Shown piece after piece: positions 60,144 to 64,000 of a stretch of 64,000 nt of DNA. Source of the stretch: Bacteroidota bacterium (lineage in GTDB: Bacteria > Bacteroidota > Bacteroidia > Bacteroidales > Prolixibacteraceae); contig JBDLJS010000001.1 of NCBI GenBank assembly GCA_039714235.1, positions 17,595 through 81,594 on the forward strand, given 5' to 3'. Both the position numbers and the translations under genes were made by a program. How positions within the stretch are numbered: position 1 is the stretch's first letter; every line of letters begins with the position of its first letter. A model generated the notes under the pieces. That model was not told the DNA's origin. It saw only the letters and a program-made list of their open reading frames with translations, and ran no database searches.

Positions 60144-60890
60144 TTAATTTATTTTTTCATCCCAGTTGCCGGGATTCAGGTAGGCCGAATTAAACTGAAA
60201 CGAAAGTGAAATAAGCCAAACCTGACTGTTTTTATACTTTGATAAATCAGTTATAAAATTGGTATTTGAAACCTCGTGGTTAAAAAAATTGTCGAGATAA
60301 TATTTAAATTTCAGGTTTAATCCTTTTGGTAGCTGAATTCCGGCAAAAACAGAGGGGATAAATGAAGGCGTTTGATTGCCAAACCATTCGGTATATTTTG
60401 TTTTCGCACCATCCCTGTCGTGCGAGTTCCAGTACTTCTCTTTATAATGAATGGCAAGCTCGTATTCACCTCCGCCATAAATATAAAAGTTGTCTTTAAA
60501 CGAACCCAGTTTTAAAGCCAGCGGAATACTTCCGGTATAAAGCCGCCGTATAATTTTATAATTTTGGTAAGATTCAATGTTAGGATTGTTGTTGTACAAA
60601 ACTTCATCAGAAATCATCCCCACATTGCTGATTCCTAAACCGGTATAAAACCCGACATTGCCATTTATATCGAAATGCCAGTTCTGATAAAAATTATAAA
60701 ACACGGTAAACCGCACCGGTACTTTCGAGACTTGGGCTCCCGGATATTGTGCCAGGTAAGCATCGGTAAACTCCAGAGTACCGCTGGAAAAAATCATTCC
60801 TCCACTGGTAACAGGATAAATTTTTTGTGCCGAAATGGTGGTTGTCAACAATAAAAACAAAACGATAATTATCAAATTTATTTTTTTCAT
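60144..60890 (-). CDS. Secreted, probable outer-membrane beta-barrel protein
   Basis: Signal peptide and amphipathic aromatic-rich strands; no family recognised. Confidence 0.55.
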   Translation of the reverse strand: MKKINLIIIVLFLLLTTTISAQKIYPVTSGGMIFSSGTLEFTDAYLAQYPGAQVSKVPVRFTVFYNFYQNWHFDINGNVGFYTGLGISNVGMISDEVLYNNNPNIESYQNYKIIRRLYTGSIPLALKLGSFKDNFYIYGGGEYELAIHYKEKYWNSHDRDGAKTKYTEWFGNQTPSFIPSVFAGIQLPKGLNLKFKYYLDNFFNHEVSNTNFITDLSKYKNSQVWLISLSFQFNSAYLNPGNWDEKIN

Positions 60891-60979
60891 AACGGTAGTT
60901 TTAAAAGGTCAATCTTTAATTGAAAGAATTATATTTATTAACTTAAACTGAATAGCAAATGTTTAATTGTAATCAAGAA

Positions 60980-61774
60980 TCATGCCTCAGTCCAATTCCC
61001 GTTTTTCAAATTTTCTATCCATTCACAAATTTTATCGTAGTGCGATCCTTTCCAGTAAATTTGCCCGCACCCAGTGCATTTCCAGAATTGGTTAAAAGAA
61101 TTACGGGTATCTTCAGGTAAAATCATTTCTATTTCATTTTCAGCAACCGAATCAAGGCTTCCGTTACAGTTCGAACAACGTGTAAATGGGTTAAAACTGT
61201 TTTGTAACTGCAGCCGTTCAACAATTTCGTGAAGTTGTTTTTTTGGATCGCTGTTGCGAAGCCAGTACCCGTGAGTAACATCGTTATGTTTCAATACTCC
61301 CAAATCACGAGTTAAAATAATTCGTTTTTCGTTTACCGAAAGTTTAACTATTTCGTCATCTTCTAAATCATTTCTGAACAAGGTATCGAAACCGAGTAAT
61401 CGTAATTTTAGCGCCAGCTTTCCCAGATTAACATCAACAACAAATTTTGTTATTCGTAAGGGTTTAGGGCGAAGGTGGATTATCGGAGAAATGTCGAGAG
61501 TTTCGAACTCCGGATATACTGAAACCTGTTCACCGCCTATTATCAAAAAATCAAATCCAACCGACTTGCCATCCACAAGAATTAAATCCACTTCGGCATG
61601 AGGAACACCAATAGCTTCAATGGTATTTTTTATCGAAGGTGTACCTGTAAAATTATATGGGAAGGACCTCTTCCTTACATTCTGTGGGAGAAAATCATTC
61701 AGCTCTTCGTAAAAACGAAACCATGATGTTCGTATTATCGGGTTGTGATTAATATTTTCCGGTTTGTTCTTCAA
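60980..61774 (-). CDS. Mut7-C RNase (PIN-fold) protein with N-terminal ubiquitin-like domain
   Basis: FRFYEELNDFLP, IEAIGVPHAEVDLIL, FVVDVNLGKLA..LRLLGFD, RIILTRD, zinc ribbon RCSNCN...C.GCGQIYWKGSH. Start probably TTG 61774, not 62086. Confidence 0.85.
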   Translation of the reverse strand: MKNKPENINHNPIIRTSWFRFYEELNDFLPQNVRKRSFPYNFTGTPSIKNTIEAIGVPHAEVDLILVDGKSVGFDFLIIGGEQVSVYPEFETLDISPIIHLRPKPLRITKFVVDVNLGKLALKLRLLGFDTLFRNDLEDDEIVKLSVNEKRIILTRDLGVLKHNDVTHGYWLRNSDPKKQLHEIVERLQLQNSFNPFTRCSNCNGSLDSVAENEIEMILPEDTRNSFNQFWKCTGCGQIYWKGSHYDKICEWIENLKNGNWTEA

Positions 61775-61966
61775 TTTAAGGTTAGCAAACGATTTAATTA
61801 AATATACGGCCAAATGAAGAGATGACAAAACAAATAAAGATAAGTTAGAATACCGAAATTGACTTATCAACAAATAACGATTAATAAAAACTCTAATTAT
61901 CAGCCAGTAACAACTTGGTTTTCGAACAAAAAAAAACAAAATTTGTAAAAAGAAGATAATATTAAA

Positions 61967-62539
61967 ATGAGGATTCGATTCGGTTCTGTACTGTTGCTGC
62001 TGTTTTTCATGATTTTCGATGGTTGTCTGTTTAACGATGAAAATGAAGAAGATCCTGCGGATTACTATGTTTTTATTGAACAACACTCAACCAGTCACGG
62101 CGATTTGATTTCAGGTCCAGAGCCACCATTACTTCAAATTGATTTTCCTACCTACAATTTTAATCCGGAAACCAAAACACTTAAAGGCCTAATCGATTTT
62201 GAGATAAACGATGACCTTAAAGTTATTTTCGGAAGTGGTGGGTGTTTGTCTGGAACAGCAGGTGGCGGATGTGCAACAGGACTGAGCGGGATTTACCAGA
62301 TACCTTTTGATCGAGGAAATTTTGAATTACTAAAACTGGAAGTCGATGGCGATGTTATTTTTATGTATAAAAATGAAGTGTATAGCCTGGCTGTCGGCGA
62401 AGAATGGAAAGTAGCAAATACCCGAATAGATACCATCGATGTAAAAGGTCAGCTTAGTATTTCAGAAATAACAGATATCGACAGAATCTCAAACTTTGGC
62501 AGCCTCAAAAAAGAGGGTATCATTATCTGGGAATGGTAA
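61967..62539 (+). CDS. Hypothetical lipoprotein
   Basis: Hydrophobic N-terminus ending FDGC followed by an acidic linker; unknown domain. Confidence 0.65.
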   Translation: MRIRFGSVLLLLFFMIFDGCLFNDENEEDPADYYVFIEQHSTSHGDLISGPEPPLLQIDFPTYNFNPETKTLKGLIDFEINDDLKVIFGSGGCLSGTAGGGCATGLSGIYQIPFDRGNFELLKLEVDGDVIFMYKNEVYSLAVGEEWKVANTRIDTIDVKGQLSISEITDIDRISNFGSLKKEGIIIWEW

Positions 62540-62788
62540 CATGCATCAGTAATATTTTCGAAATCAGAGAAGCAAAACCTCACCTAAACTTTAACTTTAT
62601 ACTTTTGATTCTCAATAATTTGTTGTAAATTGTATCGACGTTTTACAAACCAGAACCCTGTACGCTAATTCCTGGAATTTACATTAATTTAAGATGTATT
62701 GTAACAATGTTCCAAATGTTACCTAAGGATATTGAGGATGCTGAAAATCAAGGACAAAGAGTAAGCCAACCATTTAAATCAAAAAGTT

Positions 62789-64000
62789 ATGATTATCTCA
62801 ATGCAGGGTAACTGGACAGTTACCGTCAAATCCAAAAGTGCATCATTCCAGCAAAGGTTTATAATACAAGGCGCTACTACTGGTAATGGAACTTACACAG
62901 GGACACCGGGAACTACTGCATATGTTACCGGTGAACAATGGTCAATAGCTATTCAAAACAAGCCATCTACAGCCTGGCAGTTATCTGATACTCAAATCAA
63001 ATTTCCGCAACAAACAGGCGGGAACTATGAATTTGATATTTGGTCGAACGATGCGGGCGCTGATTCTGATTTTAACGATCTGATTTTAACCTGCTCTACT
63101 CCCGCAAACGTGAACGACTTTATTATTTACGGAAATGTAACTTTATATAGTGGAAAGTGCATTTTTAATCCGTGCCGAAGGTTTCCTTTTGTAATTGAAA
63201 CTTACCCCGGATTGTTAAAAGCATTAAAAAATCCGCTTCTTCGAAATTGGATTGAAAAATATTACCCGGAAAGAATTCCTCCTGAAATTGACGGACCGGA
63301 ACCACCATGGCCGGAACCGGAACCCGATCCATATTTCAAACCAATAGTTTTTGATGTAAGTAATGTGGCTATGCAGCAAAAAACTACCATACAATACACA
63401 CGTAAAGCTGCAGAGGTTGCAAAAAGAAGTGCCAAATCAGCAAAAAAGACAACATCCGAATTTGCTGCTTCCAACTTTAATCTGGTACGTAAGTCCAATA
63501 TAGCAACAGAAACAAGAGCTGTGGCACTTTCTCCCGATAGATTAAGAGTTGTTGAAGATATTGAAGGCCTGTTTTCTCCTTGTTTTACAGAGGCCGGCTC
63601 CAATTTAACCCTGACCTTCGAAGAATACGATCGAACTGCTGTAGAGTTGGCAGGAGGAGCATATTCAGGCGAAGGACACCGGAGGCTACTGGGCGATACA
63701 ATTACCGACATGAACGGAAACTATATTTTCCGGTTTAGTTTCGATATGACATTCCCGTTTTTGGAAGATTCTTCTGATATAGCACCAGGAGAAGACGTTA
63801 ATACCGTAATGTACCCCGATGTAATTGTAAAAATTGTAGATTATTCTCCTTTCGAGGTTCGCTATGAAAGTGTACCGTATTACAATATTCCCAATATTAA
63901 ACGAATTGACTTATGTTTGCCAGAATCACAGGTCCGCGTTACCTCAGCTTGCTTTAACGGAAACCTGATAGGCAGCCTTGGAAATGTATTTATTGGTGGC
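62789..64000 (+). CDS. Large hypothetical protein, 3'-truncated, with N-terminal LecB/PA-IIL-like motif (absent from the ORF track)
   Basis: Open frame of 404 codons from ATG 62789 (MIISMQGNWTVTVKSK...) to the window end. SNDAGADSDFNDLIL near aa 86-100. Confidence 0.8.
   Translation, partial: MIISMQGNWTVTVKSKSASFQQRFIIQGATTGNGTYTGTPGTTAYVTGEQWSIAIQNKPSTAWQLSDTQIKFPQQTGGNYEFDIWSNDAGADSDFNDLILTCSTPANVNDFIIYGNVTLYSGKCIFNPCRRFPFVIETYPGLLKALKNPLLRNWIEKYYPERIPPEIDGPEPPWPEPEPDPYFKPIVFDVSNVAMQQKTTIQYTRKAAEVAKRSAKSAKKTTSEFAASNFNLVRKSNIATETRAVALSPDRLRVVEDIEGLFSPCFTEAGSNLTLTFEEYDRTAVELAGGAYSGEGHRRLLGDTITDMNGNYIFRFSFDMTFPFLEDSSDIAPGEDVNTVMYPDVIVKIVDYSPFEVRYESVPYYNIPNIKRIDLCLPESQVRVTSACFNGNLIGSLGNVFIGG

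Noticed and set aside
61775-62086. N-terminal 100-aa extension of the Mut7-C ORF in the track
   Set aside because: Low-complexity AT-rich read-through that overlaps the opposite-strand lipoprotein gene. Recognisable sequence starts near 61774.
63262-63711. 149-aa minus-strand ORF
   Set aside because: Antisense shadow of the long plus-strand ORF starting at 62789.

Overview
AT-rich Bacteroidota DNA. Gene style and the bamD-rpoZ-coaBC-porD-recN block suggest a Prolixibacteraceae-like organism, which is inference only. Bases 1-29300 and 56300-62600 are mostly housekeeping and metabolic genes: a 2-oxoacid:ferredoxin oxidoreductase operon, pheA, flavodoxin, an M16 peptidase, recN, coaBC, a probable sulfonolipid (capnine) synthase, crcB, eno and an HtrA-like protease. 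The centre (about 31378-55830, minus strand) is a complete extracellular contractile injection system (eCIS, Afp/PVC/AlgoCIS class) with a cargo block placed between the tape-measure gene and the AAA+ ATPase. Main observations: (1) two adjacent cargo-like genes share a duplicated N-terminal leader with poly-Glu repeats, and one of them lacks the DUF4157 domain, so the leader behaves as a separable module and is a candidate loading signal; (2) the larger cargo has an OmpA-like domain nested inside a second zinc-metallopeptidase domain; (3) the downstream border is a pair of diverged direct repeats of about 770 bp (ATPase 3' end plus CE15 esterase 5' end) enclosing an EEP nuclease gene, with largely synonymous divergence that points to recombination between related lineages; (4) an ORF missing from the supplied track runs off the right edge and begins with a LecB/PA-IIL-like motif. 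I saw no rRNA, tRNA, CRISPR array or transposase. All family calls come from motif recognition, not database searches.
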